A DNA stretch of 63,974 nt, filler included, from Licmophora abbreviata (taxonomy: Eukaryota): assembly GCA_900291995.1 (NCBI GenBank). It is 12 parts of 12 records of this genome, joined end to end, with 100 filler letters (N's around TTAATTAATTAA, not from the genome) between each part and the next. Parts side by side here need not be neighbours in the genome. Positions count along the whole stretch, not along the records: positions 42,030 to 57,358 come from OLMU01003350.1; 11 more parts are not named here. One strand, written 5' to 3'. Shown here piece after piece: positions 42,282 through 53,203 of the stretch; the first letter of the stretch is position 1, and every line of letters begins with the position of its first letter. The notes under the pieces were generated by a model. That model worked only from the letters and a program-made list of their open reading frames with translations. It was not told the origin of the DNA and did no database searches. The position numbers and the translations under genes were made by a program.

Positions 42282-43313
42282 ATGTCTTGCGTGAGATCTC
42301 GAAGTCGGCTTGTGCCTTTTCTGACTCTGGTAGGAGGCCTTGTGTGGATTGTGGCGACGGTGCTGTCGAGACAGCAGAACCAAGCTGGTCGTCAGCTGAG
42401 TCGCGGTGGTTCTGGTCCACACGCGCCTTCTCGCTTCGGAAATCCCATCTCTGAAGTCTACAATTTCATCTACATCCACATACCGTATAGTGGTGGGAAA
42501 GTAACTTCTCGCAGTTTCTTGCTAGACGATGCCCGGAAAAAGTATGGCCCCTCTGCGCCTCTTCCCGTGGAGACGCTACAACATGCCATGGAGTACTACA
42601 AGCAAGACCCAGCTTCCTACGTTAAGGCCGCCATGATTCGACATCCCTGTAGTCGATTTGTGGAGACCTTTCGGAGTCTTCATGAACGCTATCTTGATGA
42701 CGAGAAGGGGCTCAGTGGAGCTGTCAAGCGGATTCTAGGCAAGTACCCAGACTTGTTTGACAACGTTCGAACAGTCTCAGACTTCACCATGAAACTGACT
42801 ATCAACAAGCAGTGGGAGTCGATTCAGCGGGATTTCTTTCAGTTTGCAAGCATGACATGGTACGTCTTTCTCAACAATGGCGAGTTTGGATTAGATCGAG
42901 TCATATGCAATGAACACCCCGAGCATGGACTGGATAAGCTCGAGCAGGCGCTTGATCTCAAGACAGAGAGGGAGAAACAACAGTTTCAAGCCTTGCGACT
43001 ACAGCTAAAAGAAGATCAAGTGGAAGACTTGTGCGAAGACTTACCGCTGATCACGCGACAGGCTATCGCACAGAACTATGCCCTGGACATGTGCGTGTTC
43101 AAGTATGATTCCGCCATCACACACACGAGGTGTGCCGGGGATGTCATGACCAAGGATGACTTTACCGCTCACTATCGTTCATGTAAAGCCAAACTAGCTC
43201 AGCATGAGCAACAAAGAGCGGAGGAATGGAAGTCTACTGGCGAGTATTCGTATGTAAAACAAATACAGGCAGAACCCACCGATTCGTTCATTCTGGACAT
43301 TCCTCTACATTGA
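42282..43313 (+). CDS. Sulfotransferase family (Sulfotransfer_2-like) type II membrane protein
   Basis: TM LVPFLTLVGGLVWIVATVL; FIYIHIPYSGG; AMIRHPCSRFVETF; C-terminal YALDMCVFKY. Confidence 0.72.
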   Translation: MSCVRSRSRLVPFLTLVGGLVWIVATVLSRQQNQAGRQLSRGGSGPHAPSRFGNPISEVYNFIYIHIPYSGGKVTSRSFLLDDARKKYGPSAPLPVETLQHAMEYYKQDPASYVKAAMIRHPCSRFVETFRSLHERYLDDEKGLSGAVKRILGKYPDLFDNVRTVSDFTMKLTINKQWESIQRDFFQFASMTWYVFLNNGEFGLDRVICNEHPEHGLDKLEQALDLKTEREKQQFQALRLQLKEDQVEDLCEDLPLITRQAIAQNYALDMCVFKYDSAITHTRCAGDVMTKDDFTAHYRSCKAKLAQHEQQRAEEWKSTGEYSYVKQIQAEPTDSFILDIPLH

Positions 43314-43779
43314 GAAGAGGATTTTTTGAGCAAGGGTTTGGGACCTTCTGGCCACTGAAACATTATAGTTTTCTAAACTTTTGCGCCTTCAATAAAAGAA
43401 TACCCGGGGCATGTATCGTATAGGGATACCGGTGGTAGACTAGAAGTAGGTTTGTGAGCCGCTGCCGCTTCTGAGCTGCATTGTTTTCACTCTTTCTAGC
43501 TTTTCGTGCTGGCTCCGTCCGATTCTATCATATATTCAAATATATTTTTAGATGTATTTTTATTAAAGTTTACCATAGACGTAGATAAACTTTAAATATT
43601 CGGAGTTCGCATCTTGCTATGTACAGAATTCGTTGGCAAGTGCTTTGAAGCTGAACCAAAATTAGCGACACAAAATCGAGAATCACAACATCAACCGGCC
43701 ACAAAGAGCAACATGTGACACAGGCAGGCCACTGGTGACGGCCGAAACATGAAAAATTTCAGACTTTAGGTATCAAAAA

Positions 43780-45639
43780 ATGGGCTACTTCAAGACGACA
43801 GGGTTCATGCTCATCCTGATTGCAAACTCGTGTCTTCTGTTCGATCTTGCTCGAGGAGACGAGTTCGACAAAGAAATCTGGGACTCACAAACCGCGGGAT
43901 ATTCCGATGAGGACAGCGACAACAAATCTTTTCGAGGCAGACAAAAAGATATATCACACTTGGGTCGAATCGAGTCGACAGCTCCGAGAATACCCCCGAG
44001 TCTATTTGCGACTGTAGCTCCATTCCAATCCGATCCACAAAGACGTGACGACACAGTAGACGAAGATGAGGAGTATTGGGAGACACTTCTGGGCCCCATG
44101 AGTGTTCCGACGAAGGCGCCAAGCTCACGACCAGTGGTACGTCCAAGTGGTAAGCCAACACCACACCCGAGTGGTCAACGTCTACAACCCACTCGTTTTC
44201 CAACGCAATATCCGACAGCAGAAATCAAGGAAACAGACGACGCCCCGACTTCCCCGTCTGGTGACTTTTCTGTCTTGGTCAGACTGAATGTCGGGTCGCA
44301 TCCTGAGCTGGTTGGGTGGTACCTAAGGGAAAAAGATACCAGTACCTGCAACGGCATGAAAACTATCGTGACTCTCCCCAACGGAACCTATTCAGGGGCG
44401 CTTCCAAACAGCCTCGTTGAGCACGTTATGATGCTGGAAGAGGGAGGACTGTTCGAAGTTTTGCTTTTCGTCAGCGAGGCTGCTTCAGTCGACCCCACTG
44501 GAATCGAATACGAGATATGTCCTGGTGCAACGCATTCCAGTGGATGCGCGCAGAGTTTTGTATCCGTGCCTCCAGCCTTCTTTCCATCAAGGAAGTACTA
44601 CTTGAACAATTTCGTCGCCTCGGCGTCTGGTTATCCAATAGCTTTGCCATCGAGCGACAACGTGATCTCGTTGGAGTATGACCTCATGGACCTGTATCCG
44701 GAGGAATCCAGCTGGTCGTTGACGATGGATGATCCGGGTTCTGACATTGGATATGTTGTAGTAGCTTTTGGTCCTCCGTTTGGGGAGTTCTATGCAACGG
44801 GAGAGAAAGCGGCCCATACAATTGTGCTACCAAGAATCAATGCGGGCCAGACGCGTGGATTCACACTGTGCTGGTACGACTTTTTCCGGGATTCTATGAG
44901 ACCCGGATCATATTATCGGCTATGGCTCGGACTTGCTGGGTCTGGGGTAGTGCTCATAGAGGGAAGCATCACCGTAGGAGACGAATGTGAATGCTCACAG
45001 TTCAGCATGACGGAACCTTCGACGTCTGAACCATCACCCCTTCCAACGCGCCGTCCAAGCACGGCTGCGCCGACGAGTCAATCGTCGATGAAAGCAACGA
45101 CCGTCATTCCACAGACAACTCCGCCGCCTTCAGAGCCACCGATTATTCCTCCCACAGCAGTTCCCCTCGAACCCACGCGCATCAACCTTCCACCTACCCC
45201 ACCCCCAGTGGCTGGGACAACACCTGTTCCTACACGGCAAGCTACCACAGCATCACCAACCCCCATACCAACAAGCTCGCCGACGACCGGAGCTCCAGCT
45301 GTTTTCCCCACGACGACGGAGACAGGCGCTCCCACGAACTCCCCTACCACAGTTCCAACAGGCACACCGACAACATCACCTCCATCAGTAGTACCTACCG
45401 TATCACCTACATCTACACCAACGGTGACTCCAACGGTTTCACCAACATCGACGCCCACCCGCATCGACGACCCCACGCCAACGCCTTCCGTCGACGGGGT
45501 TGGGATTGGTAGATTCCCTCCCACTCTCGACCCATATCCCACTGGCAACATTGGTGGTCAAGGTCGACAGGAAGAGCCAACGGAGTCTCCTACGATCCTT
45601 CCGTTCAGTCACAAACGAGGCAGAGGGAATGGCGGATGA
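43780..45639 (+). CDS. Secreted protein with two tandem beta-rich modules (HPELVGW / YPEESSW) and a Pro/Thr-rich tail
   Basis: Signal peptide; EYWETLL..MS motif; two related modules of about 120 aa; (PTxxPT)n tail. Confidence 0.8.
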   Translation: MGYFKTTGFMLILIANSCLLFDLARGDEFDKEIWDSQTAGYSDEDSDNKSFRGRQKDISHLGRIESTAPRIPPSLFATVAPFQSDPQRRDDTVDEDEEYWETLLGPMSVPTKAPSSRPVVRPSGKPTPHPSGQRLQPTRFPTQYPTAEIKETDDAPTSPSGDFSVLVRLNVGSHPELVGWYLREKDTSTCNGMKTIVTLPNGTYSGALPNSLVEHVMMLEEGGLFEVLLFVSEAASVDPTGIEYEICPGATHSSGCAQSFVSVPPAFFPSRKYYLNNFVASASGYPIALPSSDNVISLEYDLMDLYPEESSWSLTMDDPGSDIGYVVVAFGPPFGEFYATGEKAAHTIVLPRINAGQTRGFTLCWYDFFRDSMRPGSYYRLWLGLAGSGVVLIEGSITVGDECECSQFSMTEPSTSEPSPLPTRRPSTAAPTSQSSMKATTVIPQTTPPPSEPPIIPPTAVPLEPTRINLPPTPPPVAGTTPVPTRQATTASPTPIPTSSPTTGAPAVFPTTTETGAPTNSPTTVPTGTPTTSPPSVVPTVSPTSTPTVTPTVSPTSTPTRIDDPTPTPSVDGVGIGRFPPTLDPYPTGNIGGQGRQEEPTESPTILPFSHKRGRGNGG

Positions 45640-45848
45640 TGGGGAGGAATTCACATTGGGGTTGTCATCACTCTTTCATAATGATACTCAAAGTGCAGAG
45701 ATGCTTGCGTGCAGTCTTAACGGGCAGGCCAACATACGTACACGTACGTAGTATGATAGATGGGCTATTTTACTGGGGCGGCTGGGTGGTGGACTGTAGC
45801 GAATACTCACACTGAATAGGAAATCTCGTGCCACAACGACACCCACTT

Positions 45849-46433
45849 TTAATACGCTTCCTCTCCATCGACTTGTTCGAGGTATCCCTGCCGTACTAGC
45901 GCTTCGACATCGGTGCGAGGTAGAAAATGAAGGCTTCCCTTATCCAGCAGCACACTGCCTCCACCCCACAAGACAAGTCGCCCCACTGATTTCAATACTC
46001 GTACTTGCACCAAATCCTGCTCGGGAGGCGTCTTGTGGGCTTTGAGGTCCAAGTCAAGACTCTGGCTGAACTGAGATCTCATCTTGTCGTACTCTGTGAC
46101 AAAGTCCACTTCTGATTCCGCCAGCAAGTGTCGAACGTTGGAGAGGTCGGAGAGATCGTCCAAGGCCCGTAGTTTCGAAAGACGGTGATTGTGGTAGGCC
46201 AAGAGACAGCGCTTGAGACGTTGAATGGCTGCCTGGTGCAAGAGCAGAGACGGCCGGGACTCTTGATTGGGCTTATCGTTTCCAAGTGCAACCACCTGGT
46301 CTTGAAGTTCATCGCAGTGAAGCTGCATTTCCTGCCAGCAGCCGCGGACGGCCTCGTCGTTGTAGAGCGGTAGCCAGTCGGAACTTTTCAGTTCCACGAG
46401 CAAATCGCGACCGCGTTGACCAAAACTAGACAT
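45849..46433 (-). CDS. PSF1: DNA replication GINS complex subunit Psf1
   Basis: LPLYND; RLKRCLLAYHNHRL; PP..DLVQVRV; KGSLHFLPRTDVEALVRQGYLE. Confidence 0.92.
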   Translation of the reverse strand: MSSFGQRGRDLLVELKSSDWLPLYNDEAVRGCWQEMQLHCDELQDQVVALGNDKPNQESRPSLLLHQAAIQRLKRCLLAYHNHRLSKLRALDDLSDLSNVRHLLAESEVDFVTEYDKMRSQFSQSLDLDLKAHKTPPEQDLVQVRVLKSVGRLVLWGGGSVLLDKGSLHFLPRTDVEALVRQGYLEQVDGEEAY

Positions 46434-46725
46434 GACCACAGATCGAAATAAGAAAGGAGTTCCTTTCGAGGAAGGAAAGGAGTTTTGAGACGCGAGAAAT
46501 AAGATAGCAACGGTGCCGTGCGAGCAATGCCATCATGGGGAAACACACACAGAAGCGACGTCGGCGACAAAAAAGTTCGATCGAAAATGGCGCGACCGTT
46601 TTTGTGTAGCGCGTAGCTCGCGAAACGTCTGAGCTTCAACCGTCTCGCGCGCACACTGACACGAACGGTCCGTCCGACGTCCAACCACAAAACACACATT
46701 GTCGACACAAAACAGCACCGCGACC

Positions 46726-47340
46726 ATGACGATGACGGCAAGCACACGCTTGGCTTCTTCGACAACGAGAATAGCATTCTCATGGACGCAGCGGTCAAGG
46801 AGACTACCATGGGTTTCCTCACCTCAAAGATTTCAGAATGCGTGCCTTTCCACCGATGCGGCCGCCGCGACCAAGCCGGCTACTGCCTCAGAAGACAGCG
46901 GCGCACTGGATTCATCCGCCACCACACCTCCCGCTGAATTGACATTTTACAGTCCCAAAGTGGAGGAAGTCTTTAATAAGATGTCTGCGTTGTCCAAGGA
47001 AGAAGTCAGCATGGTGGCCAAGCTGACTCTGGATACGTTGGGAATCAAAATTGTACCTCGTGACCAGCGAGTGGCAGCCGCCGAGGAAGCGAGCGATGAA
47101 GGAGAGGCGGAAGTCAAGGAAGAGAAATCCCTTTTCGATCTAAAACTGACGGGTTTCGATGCCAAAGCCAAGATTAAAGTCATCAAGGAAGTCAGAGCTA
47201 TTGCTGGATTGGGCTTGAAGGAAGCGAAAGAACTCGTGGAGGGAGCGCCAACAGTGGTCAAGAAGGACTTGAAGGCGGAAGAAGCGGAGGAACTCAAGAA
47301 GAAACTCGAGGACGTGGGCGCTACAATTGAAATAGCTTAG
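46726..47340 (+). CDS. rplL: Ribosomal protein bL12 (L7/L12), mitochondrial-type, paralog 1
   Basis: [28 protein letters not shown]-terminal domain; Arg/Ser-rich presequence. Confidence 0.93.
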   Translation: MTMTASTRLASSTTRIAFSWTQRSRRLPWVSSPQRFQNACLSTDAAAATKPATASEDSGALDSSATTPPAELTFYSPKVEEVFNKMSALSKEEVSMVAKLTLDTLGIKIVPRDQRVAAAEEASDEGEAEVKEEKSLFDLKLTGFDAKAKIKVIKEVRAIAGLGLKEAKELVEGAPTVVKKDLKAEEAEELKKKLEDVGATIEIA

Positions 47341-47828
47341 CTTAAAATGGCTAGCATCATTGCAACTTGTAGACGAAAAGTGCAGACAAAGAGGCGCAAG
47401 ATGCTCACATCTCACATGGGCTCAGGGCGTGCGATATGATTGATACAACCGACCCAACCGCTATTTCAAAGCTCAGGAGATGGATGGGAGTCTACAGACA
47501 CTGTCGGGTCGCCATTGTTAGCCGCAAGGGTAGATGGCCAGGCAAGTGAGATCGGCTTTCAATTTCAATTTTCGATTTTGGTGTTTTGCTCTGTAGAAAG
47601 CAATAGAAAATTTACATACGGACTTCTCAGTAGAAATCGCTGTAGAAAGTTTTCTCGAGTCATCCGACTCAAACGAGCTCTCGTACGTGGTCACGGTCGT
47701 GTCGTCACACAACAAGATGATCGCGATCGGTATGCGCTGTTGGTGACACTTCATCAGCAAACCGTAGCATCAGTTCTCTACCCTTGTCCTTACTCTGAAC
47801 CATTCAGCGAGTTTGAATTATCGATAGT

Positions 47829-48504
47829 ATGCGCCCACTTCTATTGTCTCTCCTGTTGGCTTCGGCTTCGGCCTTTTCCACCACGCCCTCGTTCAATGTC
47901 CGCACCGGATCTTGCACCGCTTTGAACGCGGAAAGCAGTCGCAAAGCTTTCTTGGTCAACGCCGCTTCCATCGCTGCGTCATCCGTACTGTTACCGACCG
48001 TGGCCCTGGCTGACGAGTCACTTCCAAACGGTGTAACGTACAAGGTGAACCGAAAAGGCGATGGACCCCAGCCAGAAGTTGGAGAATTGGTGGCAATCCG
48101 CTTCAAGGCCACAGCCGGTGAAAATGTGATTGATGACATCTTCGAAACCCCAGAACCGTACTATACTCGAGTTGGATCAGGCGGTATGCTCAAGGGCGTT
48201 GAAGCGGCACTCCCCAGCATGCGAGTTGGGGACCGCTGGACTTTGACGATTCCGGTAAGTTCATTGAAGTTTTGTTGGGTAGCTATTGAGACTCCTCTCG
48301 AGGTACTTTGCAGTTTTCTCTCAGCTAAACGTTTTGTTTTTCTACTACCAACAATAGGGAAATCTTGCGTTTGGTCCAAAGGGCCGCCCAGCTTCCGCTG
48401 GAAAACCAAGGATTCCGGGAGATGCTACCATCATCTTTGAAGTCGAAATGGTCGGTCTTCCCGGAAAGGAACCAGAGCTGATTGAGTTGATCGGAGACGT
48501 TTGA
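47829..48504 (+). CDS. FKBP-type PPIase, thylakoid lumen (FKBP16-3-like); intron 48255..48357
   Basis: ASASA|FST presequence; SRKAFL..VALA lumen signal; MRVGDRWTLTIP|GNLAFGPKGRPASAGKPRIPGDATIIFEVE. Confidence 0.9.
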
Positions 48505-48968
48505 ATAAGCTATCTTCCGTAATTATTTAAGACGAGCAGAAGAAAGGCGACGTAATAGCAGAAGAAGCACAAACATAAGCTAGCGAAATCTGACATTAAG
48601 ACACTCCATGACTACTTTTCTCTTCTAAGAGAAGTAAAGATGGTGCAGCCTCCTTCAGCTACCGCCTACTGATACGAACCCCTAACCTGCGCGCCTGCAC
48701 ACCCAATAGTGGAAGCGTTTTGAATGCAGGCTCTTTGGGTAGATTGTCGTCAGGCCAGCAAAAGCACTCTCTTTAGAATAAGGCGAGGACAACGCCGGGA
48801 ACACCGCGTCGGTCACTTTTGCTGCCCCCTCCCAGTGAGCATACCGTTATGTACGTCACCCGTCAAAAAGCGGGAAGACAGAGAGACAGATTGAGTCGAG
48901 GCAGTCGACTCTGGACATCATCGCGAATGACGAATGAATCGCGACATCGCGACCATCGACCATGATGA

Positions 48969-49988
48969 ATGCATCACCGCTATATACTCGCGTATCGTCG
49001 ATACTACCTTTCGGTGGCTTCAACCATGTATCAGTATGACGAGTCGGCGCGACGCCGTCGCCAAAGAAGAGAGACGACAGCTAGAAGAACCGCTACACCT
49101 AGAAATAGTAGATCCAGACGACGAAATCCATCTTCTTCGTCGCAGGCGTCGCTCCGCTCCCAGTTCTGGATGGCCACGGGTGTCGCAAGCTTGCTGGGCG
49201 TTTGGTTCCTGACGCCTGCTTCAGATTACTTGGTGCATATCGTGCTATTAAGCGTACCGCTACAAGCTGACATTGATCTGGGACGCGAATCCTACAAGAC
49301 CTTTCGGAAACAGTACAAGCAGGTGCGCGACTCCTATGGCGTCCAGAAGATTGGCCGCGAACTCGTCGAAAGCTCGTACCGGCTGACCGAACAATCACTT
49401 TCGTATGACATTTCGGGATATGAGTGGGACTTTGGTGTCATTCAAGCGAACTTCGTCAATGCCTTTGCCTTGCCGGGAGGCATTGTGCGCGTCACCACGG
49501 CTCTCCTTGACCAGCTTGAAACAGATGGAGAAATCGCTGCACTGCTTGGCCATGAAATGGGGCATGTACTACATCGACACTCGCAAGCCCGCGTTATCAA
49601 ACAGAAACTGTTCACTATGATATTGAACGCGCTGGTGTACAGCGACGACGACGACTACCAAGAGACGTTTGGAGAAGCGGTCGGCGAGCTGCTCTTGACT
49701 AGCGCACGGTACCTCGGGAATCTCAAGTTTTCACGCCAAAATGAGTACGAGGCAGACAGCCTGTCGTGGGACTTACTCTACGCATCCAGAAAGTACAATC
49801 CCCGAGCATTAGGGTCGCTGCTATCGAAACTTTGGAGCTTGGAGGGTTCATCCAAGTCAACAAGAAGAGAGTCATCGTGGGAAAGCACGCATCCTGGCAC
49901 GCTGGACCGCATTGCTGCTCTGAATTTGAAATGGAAACAGCTTCCTCAGCACCAGCAACATCGTCTTGAAAACTATCCAATAGCTTAG
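48969..49988 (+). CDS. Peptidase M48 (OMA1-like) Zn metalloprotease
   Basis: NAFALPGG; AALLGHEMGH (HExxH); FSRQNEYEAD; STHP..DRI. Confidence 0.9.
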   Translation: MHHRYILAYRRYYLSVASTMYQYDESARRRRQRRETTARRTATPRNSRSRRRNPSSSSQASLRSQFWMATGVASLLGVWFLTPASDYLVHIVLLSVPLQADIDLGRESYKTFRKQYKQVRDSYGVQKIGRELVESSYRLTEQSLSYDISGYEWDFGVIQANFVNAFALPGGIVRVTTALLDQLETDGEIAALLGHEMGHVLHRHSQARVIKQKLFTMILNALVYSDDDDYQETFGEAVGELLLTSARYLGNLKFSRQNEYEADSLSWDLLYASRKYNPRALGSLLSKLWSLEGSSKSTRRESSWESTHPGTLDRIAALNLKWKQLPQHQQHRLENYPIA

Positions 49989-50183
49989 GACCCGACATTC
50001 ACGTTGCACATACAAATACCGGTAGCTAGCGTCGTCTTTCAGGACTTTCTCCAAGGCAGACCTGTGGTTGAAACGATGAGGTGCCTGATTCCTTGCATCG
50101 CGCGAACCCGCGCGAACCTCCAAGAAAGGAAAATCCATGCGACGAAAAGAGAACGAAGCGCTCACAAAATTTGTTGCAGCACC

Positions 50184-51014
50184 ATGACGACGACAACGGC
50201 TGACATCGATGCTTCTCTACAGCCCGATCCAGCTGAAGTCTCCATTACCAAGCAACTGGAACAGTCACCGCCCCCAAATCCACTTCCGACAGGTTGGATT
50301 CTAAGAAAAAGCGGAAGAAGCGGAGCGTACTATTATTATCATATGGAAACTGGGATTTCTCAATGGCAGGCGCCTGCTGCCATGTCTGCTGCTGCTGCTG
50401 ATGCTGTGACCTTGAGTGAGCCGGAAACGGCAACAGAGCACGAAAAGGAAGACGATACGTGGGCACTGGAAAAGATGGAACCGCATGTAGCTCTGGGAGC
50501 GAACCCAGCGGCACCTGACACTCAGGCTGCCACGGCAACAGGCAAGCAGATTTTGGACGAGACAAAGAAGCGTCCCGTTGAGGAGTCACCAAAAGCAGAG
50601 GAAGCCCCGGAACCGATCAACAGCAAACGTCAAAAGAAGCCTTCAATACCATCGCCAAAGGAGGTTAGAGTCTTGCACATTCTCAAAAAACACAAGGACT
50701 CACGCCGTCCCAGTTCGTGGCGTCAGAAGACCATCACGTCAACCGTGGAGGAGGCCAAGGCTGAACTTCAGGATCTCCTTGATGTATTAACGGAGTCGAA
50801 AGATAATCCGGAGGAGCTCCGAGCTACTTTCTCAGAAATCGCACGAACGGAAAGTGACTGCAGTAGTGCCAAACGGGGAGGTGATCTGGGATTCTTTGGA
50901 CGGAGGAAAATGCAGCCAGCCTTTGAAGAAGCGAGCTTTGGATTAGAGATTGGAAAGCTAAGCGGAATTGTAGAAACTTCGAGTGGGGTACATGTCCTAC
51001 TGCGGGTTGGATAG
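50184..51014 (+). CDS. PIN1: Pin1/Ess1 parvulin PPIase with N-terminal WW domain
   Basis: LPTGW..YYYH..SQWQAP; HILKKH.DSRRPSSW; SDCSSAKRGGDLGFF; MQPAFEEASF; SGVH. Confidence 0.93.
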   Translation: MTTTTADIDASLQPDPAEVSITKQLEQSPPPNPLPTGWILRKSGRSGAYYYYHMETGISQWQAPAAMSAAAADAVTLSEPETATEHEKEDDTWALEKMEPHVALGANPAAPDTQAATATGKQILDETKKRPVEESPKAEEAPEPINSKRQKKPSIPSPKEVRVLHILKKHKDSRRPSSWRQKTITSTVEEAKAELQDLLDVLTESKDNPEELRATFSEIARTESDCSSAKRGGDLGFFGRRKMQPAFEEASFGLEIGKLSGIVETSSGVHVLLRVG

Positions 51015-51234
51015 GAGGATAAAGCTGAACTAACTAGTCTCAAGTTGCTACACACAGGAGTTTTTTCCACGGAGCACTGCCGTCATGGGCATTCCAGACT
51101 ACTGGCGCACACCTGCCGCGTGCAGAAGCCAAGGCACTGATGCACGATCTAGGAGAATGGGACTACAAAGCACGGGAGTATGTAATACGGAAACACAAAA
51201 TAGACTCTTCGTAATTCCAGCTGAAATGTCGTAC

Positions 51235-52035
51235 TCATACTATCTCTACCGTCGCCCCTACCTCCTCAAGCTTCTTCTTGAGTTCCTCCGCCTCCTCTTG
51301 TTTCAAGTCTTTCTTGACTATCGTTGGCGCCCCCTCCACTAGCTCCTTAGCTTCCTTCAAACCCAACCCTGCGATAGCACGGACCTCCTTGATGACTTTA
51401 ATCTTGGCCTTTGCGTCAAAGCCCTCTAATTTCAAATCAAACGCCGTTTTCTCTTCCTTCACTTCCTCTTCTGCCGCACCTCCTTCCTCTCCCCCAGCAC
51501 TCGCAACAGGGTCGTCGACAACATCATCGTCAAATCCAAAGTGATCTGCCACTTTATCGGTCAGATCCTTCATTTCTAGCATGGTCAGCTTCAGAATCTC
51601 GTCCGCCAGCTCCTTAATGTGGGGAGGCGCTTCGCCATTCATGGGTGGGAGCGGGACTATGGGCATTTCCTCGTCGGGACCAAAGTCTTCCTTGAACACT
51701 TTGTGCTCGTCGGGATCGTTATGATGTAGAGGATTCTGCCAAGGCGGGACCTCATCTTCTGCTTCGCTCGTCTCTGGAGCAGCAGCAGAGGAGGCTGTTT
51801 CGGCGGTGGCTGCTTCCTCGGCGGGCTTCGCAGGTTCCGCCTTTTCCTCGGAAAACCGAAGCGGAACTGTAGTATGAATTCCGCTCCACCGTTGTACTAT
51901 TGAACACTTGCATGAAAGAGCACCCGTACGCCATACTTGACGTCGCGGCCTTCTCCTCCATACGGCCGGTTGCAGCAGCCGCCGGTTCGTAAACAGCAGG
52001 GATGACGATGATAAAAGACGCTGCGATGACGCCAT
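51235..52035 (-). CDS. rplL: Ribosomal protein bL12, mitochondrial-type, paralog 2 (long N-terminal extension)
   Basis: [17 protein letters not shown] dimerisation helix; same C-terminal domain. Confidence 0.93.
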   Translation of the reverse strand: MASSQRLLSSSSLLFTNRRLLQPAVWRRRPRRQVWRTGALSCKCSIVQRWSGIHTTVPLRFSEEKAEPAKPAEEAATAETASSAAAPETSEAEDEVPPWQNPLHHNDPDEHKVFKEDFGPDEEMPIVPLPPMNGEAPPHIKELADEILKLTMLEMKDLTDKVADHFGFDDDVVDDPVASAGGEEGGAAEEEVKEEKTAFDLKLEGFDAKAKIKVIKEVRAIAGLGLKEAKELVEGAPTIVKKDLKQEEAEELKKKLEEVGATVEIV

Positions 52036-52537
52036 TTAATCGAAGATAAACTTACGTGGTTCGAGACTGATTGCCAACAAGGACTACACGTTCAACGGAG
52101 GATAAAGTTTATTCCAGCGTCGCTTGAATCGAACCCACAGCGATTCCCTCTTTGGAGCGATGCCGTACGATCATGCAAATGGCGTCGTCAGAAAACAGGG
52201 CCGGCAGTGTGTCCACCACTCATTTTCAAGATTCCTTATCTATAAAATCATAGTACTGATTTCGCGTACCATACCGGAATTTCAAATTTGGCTGCCTCTC
52301 GTTTGCTTTGCTCTTCCCGTGTGTCCGTGAGGTTTCATCGTCACCGACCATTCGACAGCATACCTGAGGTAGTTTCAAGATCATCAGCACAGGCTGCTCT
52401 TCGTCGCCTCTTGCAAAGAACCTTTCAGGCCGAAACGTTGTGGGAAAACCTGGGGTGATAATAGAAAGAAGGCGTCTGAAAGGAAACTGAAGGAATCTAC
52501 AGGTGCAAAACTAGGGAACCTCTACATATACACCAAC

Positions 52538-53116
52538 ATGACGACGCCGACCACTGCACTCACAACCGCTACCAGAAAGGTCTGCCTTGCGGCGATGCGT
52601 CGGCCACGGCCGATCTGTCCGAGTGTGAATCGATACATTACACCCAGAGCAACAAACGGAGTTTGCAGGTCGTTTCACTCATCGCCATTACCTCATCAGC
52701 AGCAACAAGAAACAGCACCAAGGGTCGAGGAACTCTTTCAAAAGATCCTGCAGTTGGACTTGTTCGAAGTGCATATACTGACGGAGCTAATTAATGAAAA
52801 GATGGGTCTCGCCATGCCCGACACTAGCCGCGACTCAACCGCAGCGACCTCCAAACAAAAGGCTGGCGCCTCTGCGGAAAAAGAAGAAGAAGCAGAAGCA
52901 AAGTCCTTGTTTGATCTTAAACTGACGGGTTTCGATGCCAAGGCCAAGATCAAAGTCATCAAGGAAGTGCGAGCCATCGCGGGACTTGGACTGAAGGAAG
53001 CCAAAGAACTTGTAGAGGGGGCACCGAAAGTCGTCAAAAAGGACTTGAAGCCTGAAGAAGCGGAGGAGCTCAAGAAGAAATTGGAGGACGTTGGTGCAAC
53101 AGTTGAAGTGTCTTAG
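52538..53116 (+). CDS. rplL: Ribosomal protein bL12, mitochondrial-type, paralog 3
   Basis: RSFHSS presequence; [12 protein letters not shown]; same C-terminal domain. Confidence 0.93.
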   Translation: MTTPTTALTTATRKVCLAAMRRPRPICPSVNRYITPRATNGVCRSFHSSPLPHQQQQETAPRVEELFQKILQLDLFEVHILTELINEKMGLAMPDTSRDSTAATSKQKAGASAEKEEEAEAKSLFDLKLTGFDAKAKIKVIKEVRAIAGLGLKEAKELVEGAPKVVKKDLKPEEAEELKKKLEDVGATVEVS

Positions 53117-53203
53117 AGCTACTCTCATCTATGTATAAATCACTTCTATTGGTAAGTTTCCATACAATTTCCTAAAGTTGTTTACTACACCAACATTCCA
53201 CAT

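Noticed and set aside
47130..53110. Recent gene conversion between bL12 C-terminal domains
   Set aside because: Many synonymous differences between copies are visible, which points to purifying selection instead.
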